Shown piece after piece: positions 8,280-18,144 of a stretch of DNA of 64,000 nt (position 1 is its first letter; each line of letters opens with the position of its first letter). The notes under the pieces are model-generated. The model did no database searches and had not been told where the DNA came from. It worked only from the letters and a program-made list of their open reading frames with translations. The stretch comes from a virus, in IMG/VR virus record IMGVR_UViG_3300034044_000040, positions 21,341-85,340 of that record; one strand, given 5' to 3'. The position numbers and the translations under genes were made by a program.

Positions 8280-10763
8280 ATGGCAACGCTCGCACTAAAT
8301 CTCGCGGTTGGTATCGCTGGGCAAATCCTGTTTTCCTATCTGGCACCGAAACCGCCAGATCAGGAAGGCCCTCGGCTTGCCGACCTCAACATCCCGGCGG
8401 TCAGCCCCGGCAACCCAGTGAACCGGGTGTGGGGCAAAATGAAGGTGCCCGCTCAGCTGATATGGGCACCCGGCCTTGAGGAGACCAAGCACACCAAAAA
8501 GGTAAAAGGTGGCAAGGGCGGCAAGAAATCACAGAAGCAGATCACATACACCTATTCGGCGTCCCTAGCGGCGGCGGTGGGGGAGGGCGAACTCACCATC
8601 ACCGCCATCTTCGGCAATGAGAAAATCATCTGGAGCGGTGACGTTGATCTGGACGATTTCAATGCGTCTCGGGATGCTTACCGCGCCGAGCGGCTGGCGC
8701 ATTGGACCTCCTATTATACCGCCCAGACCTTCGGGGAGAACGAGGATCGCACTCACTCCCCGGAGACCGTCACCCGTTTGGCAACCAACCGGACAAATCA
8801 GGACGTGGCGAACTGGGAAAAACAGAATGACCCGACACGTGACTGGCCCGCGTATGACCAACTCACACGGTACTCCGGGTCAGAAACCCAGAACCCCGAC
8901 CCCACTATGGAAAGTTATCTCGGCGTGGGGGAGGTGCCTGCATATAGGGGAACCTGTTATTTCGTCATAGACAATCTTCAGCTTGCGGATTTTGGCAACA
9001 GCATCCCGCAATTTCGCGTAGAGGTGAAGGATCGTGACGGTAAAGTATCCATGAAGGATATCGTGGTTGATCTGTGCACGGAAGCAGGGCTGGTGGAGGG
9101 AGACACTTTTGAGGTTGCCCCGGACCTTACCACCATGCAGATCGAGGGGTTCACGTTGTCCAGACTGACTTCACCCCGTGAAGCGATTGATATGTTGGTC
9201 AATGTGTTCCCGTTCAACGCATCTGAGGCGGGCAACTCCATCCTGTTCAGGGGGCAGGACCGCTTGCCGCTGGCAGCCATAGACTGGAATGATCTTCGCG
9301 CCTATGGGGACGGGGACAGCCCCGGCAATAAACTGGAACGGCTGCGCACGGATGACCTTCAGCTTCCGAGAGAAATAAAACTTTCATATCAGGACGTTAA
9401 TCGTAATTTTTCGAAAAACACTGCGGTGTCATCCCGGCAGGTATCTCAATCAAACTCGGTGCAGACCAGCGACCTTCCCGTTGCCACTGAACCTTGCATC
9501 ATGAAGAAGGCAGCTGAGACTGCCATGGCCACGGTGATATCGGAGCGCAACAGCTATGCGTGCACGGTACCTGCAAAATATCTGCGCCTGAAAGCTGGCG
9601 ACGTGGTTCACCTTCCCGTGTCGGCCACGGAATACAAGGTTGCGCGGATCATCCAGCTTGACGTCGGGAAGAATTTGCTCCTCGAAATGAAACTGTCGGA
9701 TCACGTCATGTCGCGCTCCGATATCGTGTCAATTGCGGATGACAGTGTGGCTGGCGCGCAACAGGTCATACCATTTGCTGACACCGCAGGGTATGTCATG
9801 GATGTGCCAAGTCTGGATGACACCCTGCAAGACACAGGGGTATATGTGGCCTTTTCCCCCAACACCACGAACTGGAGCGGCGGGGGGTTGTTCCGCGACA
9901 CCAATTCAGGCTCAGAAACCCCACTATTTGGGCAGAACCTCGGCACCACATCGGGCACCTCATGGGAATTGGAGGTCAGCACGACGAACGACACTCATGC
10001 AGGAAATGCGGTATCCGCGCTGCCAAGTGCATCCCCTTATCTCGTGGATCGGGAAAACAAATTGGAGGTGGTATTCACATCACCTGATCCTCAGTTTACG
10101 GGACAGACCTTCGAGCAGGCGGTTTCCGGAACCGACAATGTGTTTCTTGTCGGTGACGAGATAGTGCAGGCGCTCAGCGTGGAGCAAGTGGACGATAATT
10201 TTTTCATCTTCAGTGACCTCATACGGGGCCTTCGTGGTACGGAATGGGCGGCGCATTTTCATGTGGAGGATGAGCGGGTCGTGCATCTTGTCAACTCCGC
10301 ACTTGAGCGCTGGATACTGCCGACCACGCTGTTGGAAAAAGATGTGGATTATCGCGTCGTTTCCGATGGCATGGACGTGCTGGCGCAAGGCACTGAAACA
10401 CTCACGTTTGCCGCAGCCAGTGATCGCGCATTTGCTCCGGCCATTATTGATGTGCAGCGCACCATCACAGGAGACCTCACGGTATCGCTCGATCCCCGCC
10501 CCCGATACAATTCCGGGTGGTTGAATGGAGAAGGCACAGCAACCATTGATGACGACAATTACACGGTGGAGATATACGACGCCCCGGCCTATGGGGCAGC
10601 AAATCTCATACGCACAACGACACTTGTAGGGAGCAGAATTTTTACCTATACTGCAACCGACCAAATTGCAGATTTCGGTACCGCGCAGAGCATGATAAAT
10701 CTGAAGATCACTCAGCAGGGCAAAGACGCGCGCTCCGGTTTCCCAAATTATTCCATCGTGTAA
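8280..10763 (+). CDS. RcGTA g15-like tail tip / host-specificity protein
   Basis: EGPRLADL, PAYRGTCY, LADFGNSIPQ, LIRGLRGTE motifs; follows the g12-g14 homologues. Confidence 0.85.
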   Translation: MATLALNLAVGIAGQILFSYLAPKPPDQEGPRLADLNIPAVSPGNPVNRVWGKMKVPAQLIWAPGLEETKHTKKVKGGKGGKKSQKQITYTYSASLAAAVGEGELTITAIFGNEKIIWSGDVDLDDFNASRDAYRAERLAHWTSYYTAQTFGENEDRTHSPETVTRLATNRTNQDVANWEKQNDPTRDWPAYDQLTRYSGSETQNPDPTMESYLGVGEVPAYRGTCYFVIDNLQLADFGNSIPQFRVEVKDRDGKVSMKDIVVDLCTEAGLVEGDTFEVAPDLTTMQIEGFTLSRLTSPREAIDMLVNVFPFNASEAGNSILFRGQDRLPLAAIDWNDLRAYGDGDSPGNKLERLRTDDLQLPREIKLSYQDVNRNFSKNTAVSSRQVSQSNSVQTSDLPVATEPCIMKKAAETAMATVISERNSYACTVPAKYLRLKAGDVVHLPVSATEYKVARIIQLDVGKNLLLEMKLSDHVMSRSDIVSIADDSVAGAQQVIPFADTAGYVMDVPSLDDTLQDTGVYVAFSPNTTNWSGGGLFRDTNSGSETPLFGQNLGTTSGTSWELEVSTTNDTHAGNAVSALPSASPYLVDRENKLEVVFTSPDPQFTGQTFEQAVSGTDNVFLVGDEIVQALSVEQVDDNFFIFSDLIRGLRGTEWAAHFHVEDERVVHLVNSALERWILPTTLLEKDVDYRVVSDGMDVLAQGTETLTFAAASDRAFAPAIIDVQRTITGDLTVSLDPRPRYNSGWLNGEGTATIDDDNYTVEIYDAPAYGAANLIRTTTLVGSRIFTYTATDQIADFGTAQSMINLKITQQGKDARSGFPNYSIV

Positions 10764-10775
10764 CGGAGCCTGATC

Positions 10776-12209
10776 ATGTCAACCACCGCCCGCCTCGGCC
10801 TCGCACTTATGGCCACGTCAACGCTATCGAAAGAGACGGTGTTCAATGAGGCGGTGGCCACGCTGGACGCCCTCGTGCACCCGAAAGCGCTATCCGCGAC
10901 CATCGCATCCCCTCCGGGCACGCCGTCGCTGGGTGACGTCTATATCATACCTGTCGGAGCCACCGGGGCATGGGCGGGACATGACAACAAGATCGCGGTG
11001 TATACCACGGGGTGGAAATACCTTGATCCCATTTCCGGGTTTTTTATATGGGTGGCGGACACGGCGAAAACCTACAGATATGATGAAGTCACATTGGCGT
11101 GGGTCGAAAACGTGCTCACGGTATCCAATCTGACAGACCTCACGGATGTGGATGCTGGTGATCTTAGCACCGGGGCCTTACTGAGATATGATGCGACGGC
11201 GGGTAAGTATGCATTGCAACTGGTTGCACTCGACGACCTCAGCAACGTGTCAGCCGCTGCCCCCAATGACGGGCAGGTGCTGGCATGGGTCAGCGCGAAC
11301 GCCGCGTGGGAGGTATCTGATGTGCCCCCGATGACTGGTGCCGCTATCAAGGCAGCCTATGAGGGGGAAGCGAACACGAACGCCTTCACCGATGCTGAAA
11401 AGACGAAGCTGGCGGGGCTTGATGGATCGAAATACTTGGGCACCTATGTGAGCCTGACCGCCCTCAACGCTGCACAACCTGCACCGGCGATAGGGTCGTA
11501 TGCCCATGTTGATGCTGGAGCAGGCTCAGATGTGCAGCTGTATATCTGGGATAATGACGACGCCAAATTCGTTGTGTCAGCAGGTGGCGGCGGAACCATG
11601 ACAGGGGCTGCCATCAAAGTGGCCTATGAAGGGGAACCTGACACAAACGCCTTCACGGACGCAGAGAAAGCGAAGCTGGCAGGCGTGGAGGCGGGGGCCA
11701 CGGCGGACCAGACAGATCAGGAGATCGTGACCGCCTACAATGCAGTGGTGGCGCAGGTAACCGGCCCCGAGATTACGGCTGGCACGGCAACCACGGTGCG
11801 CAGGTTCAGCCCGAAAGATGTAACGGATATGGTGCTTGCACACGCGCCAGCAGGAGGCACACCCCCTCCGGCCCCCTATGACGTCAGGTTAGGGTTCACC
11901 GCCACACCAACCGCAGGGCAGGTGATTGATACGATAATGGTGGTTCGCGATATCAATTTTCCCGCAGATTTCTCAGGGTCACTTGGCACAATTGGTACGC
12001 TGCCCACGGCAAACATGATCCTGACGTTAAAGGCGGACGGTGTGGCCGTAGGCACCACCACAATAGACACGGCGGGGGTGTTCACGTTCGCGACGACGGG
12101 GGGAACAACACAGACTATCGCTACCGGAGCGATCCTCACGCTGGAAGCACCAGCCACCGCTGATGCGACAGCTGCGAATGCTGCGTTTACCCTCATGGGG
12201 ACAGTATAA
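10776..12209 (+). CDS. DUF2793-domain tail fibre / receptor-binding protein
   Basis: N-terminal NEAVATLDAL..PP..P..GDVYIIP.GATGAWAGHD..GW signature; internal repeats. Confidence 0.8.
   Translation: MSTTARLGLALMATSTLSKETVFNEAVATLDALVHPKALSATIASPPGTPSLGDVYIIPVGATGAWAGHDNKIAVYTTGWKYLDPISGFFIWVADTAKTYRYDEVTLAWVENVLTVSNLTDLTDVDAGDLSTGALLRYDATAGKYALQLVALDDLSNVSAAAPNDGQVLAWVSANAAWEVSDVPPMTGAAIKAAYEGEANTNAFTDAEKTKLAGLDGSKYLGTYVSLTALNAAQPAPAIGSYAHVDAGAGSDVQLYIWDNDDAKFVVSAGGGGTMTGAAIKVAYEGEPDTNAFTDAEKAKLAGVEAGATADQTDQEIVTAYNAVVAQVTGPEITAGTATTVRRFSPKDVTDMVLAHAPAGGTPPPAPYDVRLGFTATPTAGQVIDTIMVVRDINFPADFSGSLGTIGTLPTANMILTLKADGVAVGTTTIDTAGVFTFATTGGTTQTIATGAILTLEAPATADATAANAAFTLMGTV
11331..11684 (+). repeat. 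Two copies of a 29-aa fibre repeat MTGAAIKxAYEGExxTNAFTDAEKxKLAG (11331-11417, 11598-11684)
   Basis: Visible in translation; DNA copies diverged mainly at synonymous sites. Confidence 0.85.
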
Positions 12210-13159
12210 TGCTACTGTCGATCCCCGGATATATCGGTTCCTACAGCCCCCCACCAGCATCAGGAGGTCCGTTGAAGCAGTATTGGCGCTTCGAGTTTTC
12301 CACAGGGTATTCGAGTGAATTCACTTCAATACAAGAGCTTGAAATATACTCAGACGAAACCACCAACATCGCCGCCAGTGCAACGGTGACCACGCCTTCC
12401 ACGTTGCAGCCAAGCTCGTCCATACAAGGACTTGTGGATGGTAACCTGACCAACGAGGCCCCCGGTGGGGTAGTATATAACAGTGGTACCATAAGAAGGC
12501 TGGCTGATTTCGCGTTTCCCGGACCTGTAAATCTGCACCATATCCGCCGGTATGACCGGGCTGATACGAACAGCACGTATGCGATATCGCACACCACTGC
12601 GATGGTGAAGGTGTCACACTCTGATGATGGAGTAAATTACACGCCGTATTTTGTGGGGTTCGATCCAGCCACCAAACCCGCGTCATGGCACACGTTCAAC
12701 GCCCCTTATGTTGACGGAATTACCGCAAACACGCCGAACAGCCATTGTGGTATTGAGATCACAACTTCACAAAGCGGGAACCGGTGGAGCGGGATGCGGG
12801 TGAACTCGTACTACGCGGGCGGTGTGGAACAAGTCGGTCCAACAGCTGGCGCAGTAGCGTCTTATGAAACATCAACTCACACTGGCAGCGCCAGCTTCAA
12901 GGCGTCAAGACTGCTGGTGAATGACACAAATCGCTGGGTGTCAATGGATGCCACAGGATTGGCGTTACAGGGGGTATTTTTTGAAATGGCTACCCCGGCG
13001 GTGATAGACAGGGTGGATATTACCTCCACTCAGTACAACAACAACATGCCGAAGGACTTCTCTTTGTTGGTGGGAAATGGTAAGACTTTCGTGTCCGCCC
13101 TTGACAGGGTTGGCGAACCAGCGTGGGGTACAGGGGAACTCAGGCAATATAATGTGTAG
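12209..13159 (+). CDS. Tail-associated protein with two discoidin/F5-8C-like carbohydrate-binding modules
   Basis: YWRF..IQELEIY, VSHSDDGVNYT, MPKDFSL..W.TGELRQY; stop/start overlap with the fibre gene. Confidence 0.55.
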   Translation: MLLSIPGYIGSYSPPPASGGPLKQYWRFEFSTGYSSEFTSIQELEIYSDETTNIAASATVTTPSTLQPSSSIQGLVDGNLTNEAPGGVVYNSGTIRRLADFAFPGPVNLHHIRRYDRADTNSTYAISHTTAMVKVSHSDDGVNYTPYFVGFDPATKPASWHTFNAPYVDGITANTPNSHCGIEITTSQSGNRWSGMRVNSYYAGGVEQVGPTAGAVASYETSTHTGSASFKASRLLVNDTNRWVSMDATGLALQGVFFEMATPAVIDRVDITSTQYNNNMPKDFSLLVGNGKTFVSALDRVGEPAWGTGELRQYNV

Positions 13160-13253
13160 GCACGACGCATGAGCAAACTGCTCTGGATGGTTTTAATAAT
13201 TAACACCTGCCATATTTTGAAATATGCCGGGCTAATCACGAAGGAACGCAAAA

Positions 13254-14309
13254 ATGTCAAATATTCTATTCGCAGGCAATGATCTGAGTGCCTATGCTGG
13301 CCAAGGTGCAGTCACTTTTGACACGACAACCGTTCTGCATGATCCAAAGTACGCAGACGGGGAAATCGTGATCAGTGCTAAAGACAAGGCATTTGGTTTT
13401 TTTAGGGAACCTGTGATACTCGGTGGCAGTTGCTGGGTACACTTCAGGGTACACTGGGGTACCGTTGTTTCATTCTTGCGGTATGTCAGGAACTCATATG
13501 CCACTACCGACATCGTTGGCTTGTATGACCAGTCAAATCCTTCGGCGCGCCCTCTTGGTGTACGGTTTAATATGACATCTGGTGATCAGCCGGTCGGGTT
13601 ACAGGCGTTTTCCGGCACTGATCTCGCCGGTGCAGACCAGCTGGTGGGTAACGTGCACCTGACCGGGCAAGATAAGACGTTCACCGTGGACGTCAATGCC
13701 ACCCTTGATCCCATATTTGGTAAAATTCTCATGTATTTTGATGGGGTGTTGGTGCTGTCATATTATGGTGACACGACGCTATCTGGCCAAATTACTGAAT
13801 GGAACGCATTCTATCACCAGTCACCCGCAGTGCAGACCAACGTAACAGGTAAACTATGGATAAGTGAGGGGTTGGCGTCCAAGGTTTCAACCATTGGGCA
13901 GCGGGTTGCTTCCTTGCGCCCCATTGCAGATGGTGATCGGGCGGAATGGACTGGCAACTTTGACAACGTGAACGATCTTATCCCAGACGATGGCACCACC
14001 CTATCATCTAATACGCCGGAGGCGGTACATTTGATGCAACTCAGTGCCTTGGACGCCACGTTGCCGCTGGACCTGTCTGTCACCTCGCTCGTAACTTCGG
14101 TACGGGGATCGGACAATGGGACAGGAGCAGTAACCGGAATTGAGCACGCCGTGAAATCCGGTGGGGTTGAAGCCTTCGGCACGACCCATAGTATTGCGAC
14201 CGTCGTTCAGACTGATCAGGAAATGTGGGACGTGAACCCGGTCACCGGGCTGCCGTGGACGAAAGCGGAAATCGACGCGATACAGGTCGGTGTGAAAGCA
14301 AAAGCATAA
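13254..14309 (+). CDS. Virion structural protein, probable distant paralogue of 4635-5651
   Basis: C-terminal NPVTGLPWTKAEIDAIQVG resembles TPSGSPWTINDFNNITVG. Confidence 0.55.
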   Translation: MSNILFAGNDLSAYAGQGAVTFDTTTVLHDPKYADGEIVISAKDKAFGFFREPVILGGSCWVHFRVHWGTVVSFLRYVRNSYATTDIVGLYDQSNPSARPLGVRFNMTSGDQPVGLQAFSGTDLAGADQLVGNVHLTGQDKTFTVDVNATLDPIFGKILMYFDGVLVLSYYGDTTLSGQITEWNAFYHQSPAVQTNVTGKLWISEGLASKVSTIGQRVASLRPIADGDRAEWTGNFDNVNDLIPDDGTTLSSNTPEAVHLMQLSALDATLPLDLSVTSLVTSVRGSDNGTGAVTGIEHAVKSGGVEAFGTTHSIATVVQTDQEMWDVNPVTGLPWTKAEIDAIQVGVKAKA

Positions 14310-14318
14310 GGCGGTGTC

Positions 14319-15155
14319 ATGACTATATCTGTCACAAACGTCAGCACGGTAGCCATCCTCGGAGGTCAGCCGAGCGTGAACCGCGCCGAGGTATACGCCA
14401 TCTTGTCGCGTCCATTCGATGGGTTGGGGGTGTCTGCCACATCCACGTTAGCTGTACTTGCCAGTGGCACCGGGGTGGGTGTGTCATCATATGTGGGTAA
14501 CGTGGTTCTTTCCCTTCCCGTTGTACCTGATCCTGTGCCGACGGACATCCGGTTTTTCGGAGGCCCTGAGAGTGATGAGCTTCACGTGATACCAGCGAAT
14601 GTGACAGAGGTAGAATTCAGGCTATGGGGAGCAACGGGGGGCGCTGGGCACGGTTTCTCACCCGCCAGCACCCTCACCACGGCAGGCGGCGGTTACGTGG
14701 CTGGCAAAGTGGCTGTGGTGGCAGGGGACACGATCACGATACGCACCGGAAGGAAGGGTACAGGAGGTAGCGCAGTATCCAAGATATTGGGCACTGGCGG
14801 GTGGCCAGACGGGAAAGACGGGGAGTATGATCTGGCGCACGATTGCTATGGCGGCGGACAGGGCGGATCGACGCAGATATTGCTTAACGGAACCCTGATC
14901 GGACAGGCCGGAGGTTCACCCGGTACAGGCGGCTGGCCATTGGGCGGATCGAACGTGCCCCCGCAAACTGGTTTCCTCGACCCCATTGTGACAGATCAGA
15001 TTATCGAGGCCCCCATAAACAACATCATGGGAGGGTCAAACAATTTCCTTGACGGTGACCCGGTGGGAGGCTTCGGCGTGTTGAACACACATCCGGATGA
15101 CCCAACCATAAACGACGGGCAGGACGGGGTGGCGTGGCTTCGGTATTTCGAATAA
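14319..15155 (+). CDS. Glycine-rich virion protein
   Basis: LWGATGGAG, AGGGYVAG, GGGQGGST glycine-rich domain; end of tail module. Confidence 0.55.
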   Translation: MTISVTNVSTVAILGGQPSVNRAEVYAILSRPFDGLGVSATSTLAVLASGTGVGVSSYVGNVVLSLPVVPDPVPTDIRFFGGPESDELHVIPANVTEVEFRLWGATGGAGHGFSPASTLTTAGGGYVAGKVAVVAGDTITIRTGRKGTGGSAVSKILGTGGWPDGKDGEYDLAHDCYGGGQGGSTQILLNGTLIGQAGGSPGTGGWPLGGSNVPPQTGFLDPIVTDQIIEAPINNIMGGSNNFLDGDPVGGFGVLNTHPDDPTINDGQDGVAWLRYFE

Positions 15156-15234
15156 CCCACGGTCAAAGCGCCCGGAATATTGACTTTCACACGTGTAGGT
15201 GGATAGAACAGACGACAGAGCTAGGAGACCTCGG

Positions 15235-15528
15235 ATGAGTATTAGTGATCACCCAGACGCAATGTTTGAAATAACACGCCGTGATCTTGATGACATCATC
15301 GAGACCGCCGCCGAAAGAGGTGCGAAAAAGGCCCTTAATGCGATTGGTTTGGATGACGAGGCGGCGGTGAAGGACGTTGCCGAGCTTCGTGGGTTGATGC
15401 AGGTTTGGCGTGATGCGCGCAAGACGGCCCTCATGACGGTCGTGAAAACGATCACCACGGCATTACTGGGTGTCCTCGCTCTGGGGGTGGCAATCCAGCT
15501 TGGTGTCATCGGGGTAGGTAGGAAATAA
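15235..15528 (+). CDS. DUF6127-like small membrane protein
   Basis: AGGAG RBS; AAERGAKKAL..IGLDD..A..DVAELRGL..WR.ARKT plus a C-terminal TM helix. Confidence 0.7.
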   Translation: MSISDHPDAMFEITRRDLDDIIETAAERGAKKALNAIGLDDEAAVKDVAELRGLMQVWRDARKTALMTVVKTITTALLGVLALGVAIQLGVIGVGRK

Positions 15529-15641
15529 TTTGCAACCCGTTGCAACCCGCTGCACGGTATTTTAATACGGAAATTGATTATGCCCCGCCAAACGTGTAGG
15601 GTATCGACATAAACGAGGACCACCCACCGGAGGACCGCAAT

Positions 15642-16394
15642 ATGATGCACGAAGACGACCAAGAAGCAGAAAACCCGGTTACAGGTAGGCCGGTGCACGT
15701 GATCGCGCTGATAGGGCCTGCTGGCGCAGGGAAAACCACGGTCGCCACGGAATTGCAAACTTCCTATCGCATGACCAGATTTAGGTTCGCTGACACCCTG
15801 AAAAACATGATCGAATTGTTGGGGTGCACGCGCGAGCACATTGATGGGAGCCTCAAAGAAAAACCCCTGTCCCTGCTATGTGGTGCTACCACTCGACACG
15901 CCATGCAGACGCTGGGCACGGAATGGCGTGATATGCTGGGGCCACAGGGAAAGTATCTATGGGCCATCCAAACCACAGAGGCCATAAGAAAAGAGGCGGA
16001 CAGCGCGGCTGGAGAAACAGAGCCGCTGCCTGTCGTGGTGGATGACGCCCGTTTTCCCCACGAGATAGAGACGCTTCGCGCCGCCGGTTTCAAAGTGCGG
16101 GTGGTGCTGGTATGGGACAGCCGGAGGCGCTATCCTTTTTTTCGCATGTGGCTTGCCCGGAGGTGGTGGGGCCGCGCCCTCATGAAGTTGGTGCCGTACA
16201 TGTATCTGCATGAGAGTGAGGCACACTGGCCCGTCATGCGTGAAGATGACGAGATCGACAATTCAGGCACCGTGGATGATCTTCGCAGGAAGGTGCATTC
16301 ACTTGCAAAGCGCCAACAACAGGAACACTTTTTTGAGATCGGTGCACAATCCAGAGTGACCCTCACGAAAAAGAAACAACCACAGCAAGGATAA
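15642..16394 (+). CDS. Deoxynucleoside monophosphate kinase
   Basis: GPAGAGKTT P-loop, FADTLK, TRHAMQTLGTEW, DDARFPHE, HESE. Confidence 0.9.
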   Translation: MMHEDDQEAENPVTGRPVHVIALIGPAGAGKTTVATELQTSYRMTRFRFADTLKNMIELLGCTREHIDGSLKEKPLSLLCGATTRHAMQTLGTEWRDMLGPQGKYLWAIQTTEAIRKEADSAAGETEPLPVVVDDARFPHEIETLRAAGFKVRVVLVWDSRRRYPFFRMWLARRWWGRALMKLVPYMYLHESEAHWPVMREDDEIDNSGTVDDLRRKVHSLAKRQQQEHFFEIGAQSRVTLTKKKQPQQG

Positions 16395-16398
16395 TCCG

Positions 16399-17094
16399 AT
16401 GGATATGAAATCTGTACAGACACAGCTTCGCGCGAAAGGGTATCGCGTTGGCAAGGTAGACGGCATCGGTGGACCCGCCACGGCGCGTGCGGTGCAGGAA
16501 ATGCTGAAGGATCAGGGCTTTGACTTCGCCGTATCCGCCACGCCAAAAAAGATCACGGCGGTAACGCCGGTGGGTGGGCAGAAAAAATCCAAGAAACAGA
16601 AGGTGTCGGCTCCTGCACTTGTGGGGTTCACAAAAAGAGAAGCGCTGGAACTCGCGCCGGTGCATCCAGACCTGATCAAAGTTATCACGCGGGCGAAGGA
16701 GACCTGCCCGGAGAAGTTTGGTGTGTTCGATGGCATCCGCACGGCGCAGGATCAGAACGCCCTTTTCCGGAGAAAAGCATCACAGAAAGATGGGTACAGG
16801 AACAAATCAACGCACCAGATGCAAGCCACCGGATACAGCCACGCGGCTGATCTTGTGCCTTTGGTCAATGGTGAATGGGATTGGGATTGGGATATCCTGT
16901 ATGTGATCGCGGAGCATATGCATGACGCCGCAGTGGAACTGGACGTACAGATCAGGTGGGGCGGATGCTGGAAGCATATCAACCCGCTCAAGGGATCGCC
17001 GGAAAACTGGGTAGCGGAATACGTGAAGCGCAAGCTGGCTGCCAACAAGCGGGCATTCAACGACGGCCCCCATTATGAACTGTATGGATATTGA
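16399..17094 (+). CDS. Endolysin: peptidoglycan-binding domain plus M15-family peptidase
   Basis: VQTQL..GY..GKVDGIGGPAT; VHPDL, GIRT..Q, STH..SHAADL, RWGG.W, DGPHYEL. Confidence 0.88.
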   Translation: MDMKSVQTQLRAKGYRVGKVDGIGGPATARAVQEMLKDQGFDFAVSATPKKITAVTPVGGQKKSKKQKVSAPALVGFTKREALELAPVHPDLIKVITRAKETCPEKFGVFDGIRTAQDQNALFRRKASQKDGYRNKSTHQMQATGYSHAADLVPLVNGEWDWDWDILYVIAEHMHDAAVELDVQIRWGGCWKHINPLKGSPENWVAEYVKRKLAANKRAFNDGPHYELYGY

Positions 17095-17095
17095 C

Positions 17096-17338
17096 ATGTT
17101 ACAGCACCTCGTAAAGTGGTTGATCGGCGGACAGTCCGGATCACGTGAGTTTGCCACGCTGGCGTGGTTCCTGTGGTTGGCGCTGACCGTGTATCTCTTG
17201 TCGCAGGGGAACGAAGTCACGATATCCTCCATGACATACACGGTGTGGATCACGGTCACCCCGCTCGCGTGGGGCTGGATGGGTGTCGCATTTTTCGGGA
17301 AAAAAGTGCTGGATAAATTCAGGCCGGAGGAAGATTGA
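17096..17338 (+). CDS. Putative holin
   Basis: Two TM helices, charged C-terminus, between endolysin and spanins; start uncertain. Confidence 0.6.
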   Translation: MLQHLVKWLIGGQSGSREFATLAWFLWLALTVYLLSQGNEVTISSMTYTVWITVTPLAWGWMGVAFFGKKVLDKFRPEED

Positions 17339-17694
17339 TGGGGGCGATCATTCTGAGATTGGCGACAAGCCGCGTCGGCATCGTGGTGATTATCGTGGCG
17401 GCTTTGTTCACATGGCACAAAATTGACAAGGGCAGTGCGGTGCGCAAGGCGATCATCGGATATGTCGCGGATGTGGAGCTTTCAGCCGAACGTGCAGAGA
17501 ATGAAAGACTTGCCAGCATATTGGCGCGAGAGCGCAGCGCGAATACCAAACTTCAACAGCAGATCGACGCCGCAGAGACGACGGCGGCGTCTGCCCGTGA
17601 ACGGATCAGAAACTATGAAGAAGAAAATCCCTCGCCTGTCGGGTGCCGTGCTGATGCTGCTTTTATTGAGCGCTTGCGCGGGGTTAAAAAATAG
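17335..17694 (+). CDS. Putative i-spanin (Rz-like)
   Basis: N-terminal TM helix, coiled coil, C-terminal Cys. Confidence 0.65.
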   Translation: MMGAIILRLATSRVGIVVIIVAALFTWHKIDKGSAVRKAIIGYVADVELSAERAENERLASILARERSANTKLQQQIDAAETTAASARERIRNYEEENPSPVGCRADAAFIERLRGVKK

Positions 17695-17902
17695 AGCAGC
17701 GGAGGCGGGTGCCACGATTGGCAGTGCCCGCGTGACCTATGCACCCACGTTCCCCCGGTATTGCCGCGAGCATACATACGTGGACGCCAGACCGGGTGAC
17801 CGGCATGATGTGCTGGTTCTGAAATATGATGACGCCTTGGTCGCGGAACACGGTCGCACGACTTTTTGCGCGCAGTGGTATGATGAGAATTACCCATCCT
17901 GA
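17615..17902 (+). CDS. Putative o-spanin lipoprotein (Rz1-like)
   Basis: MKKKIPRLSGAVLMLLLLSAC lipobox; overlaps the 3' end of the i-spanin. Confidence 0.7.
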   Translation: MKKKIPRLSGAVLMLLLLSACAGLKNRAAEAGATIGSARVTYAPTFPRYCREHTYVDARPGDRHDVLVLKYDDALVAEHGRTTFCAQWYDENYPS

Positions 17903-17996
17903 TTTTTTTGTTGCAACCCGTTGCACAAGGTGGTAGGTATTAGGGGACATCATGTTCATATTTGCCGTTTTGCATGATGCTGGTTGAACACTCTAT

Positions 17997-18035
17997 ACGC
18001 CTCGCAGGGTTCGCGCCCGCGAGGCGTCACTTTTT
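17997..18035 (+). terminator. Rho-independent terminator ending the late operon
   Basis: ACGCCTCGC/GCGAGGCGT stem followed by cacttttt. Confidence 0.7.
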
Positions 18036-18075
18036 ACAGACCAAGTGTTCACTGAATAATCATTCATTTTTTCTC

Positions 18076-18103
18076 TTGCAAATAATCGTGGTTGTGGTAT
18101 TGT
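18076..18103 (+). promoter_or_regulatory. Conserved phage promoter, copy 1
   Basis: TTGCAA-ataatcgtggttgtgg-TATTGT. Confidence 0.8.
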
Positions 18104-18144
18104 GATCTTGTCGAAAGGTTAATTACACACATAGAGAGGGTACC

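Noticed and set aside
5655-10763. A true gene transfer agent cluster
   Set aside because: The g12-g15 homologues are embedded in a full phage genome with a long tape measure and its own replication and terminase genes
10776-15155. Diversity-generating retroelement or invertible fibre cassette
   Set aside because: No reverse transcriptase or invertase, and no adenine-specific repeat pair; the fibre repeat differs mainly at synonymous sites
17912-17925. Box as a LexA, CtrA or chromosomal parS site
   Set aside because: Does not match GTTC-N7-GTTC, TTAA-N7-TTAA or TGTTTCACGTGAAACA
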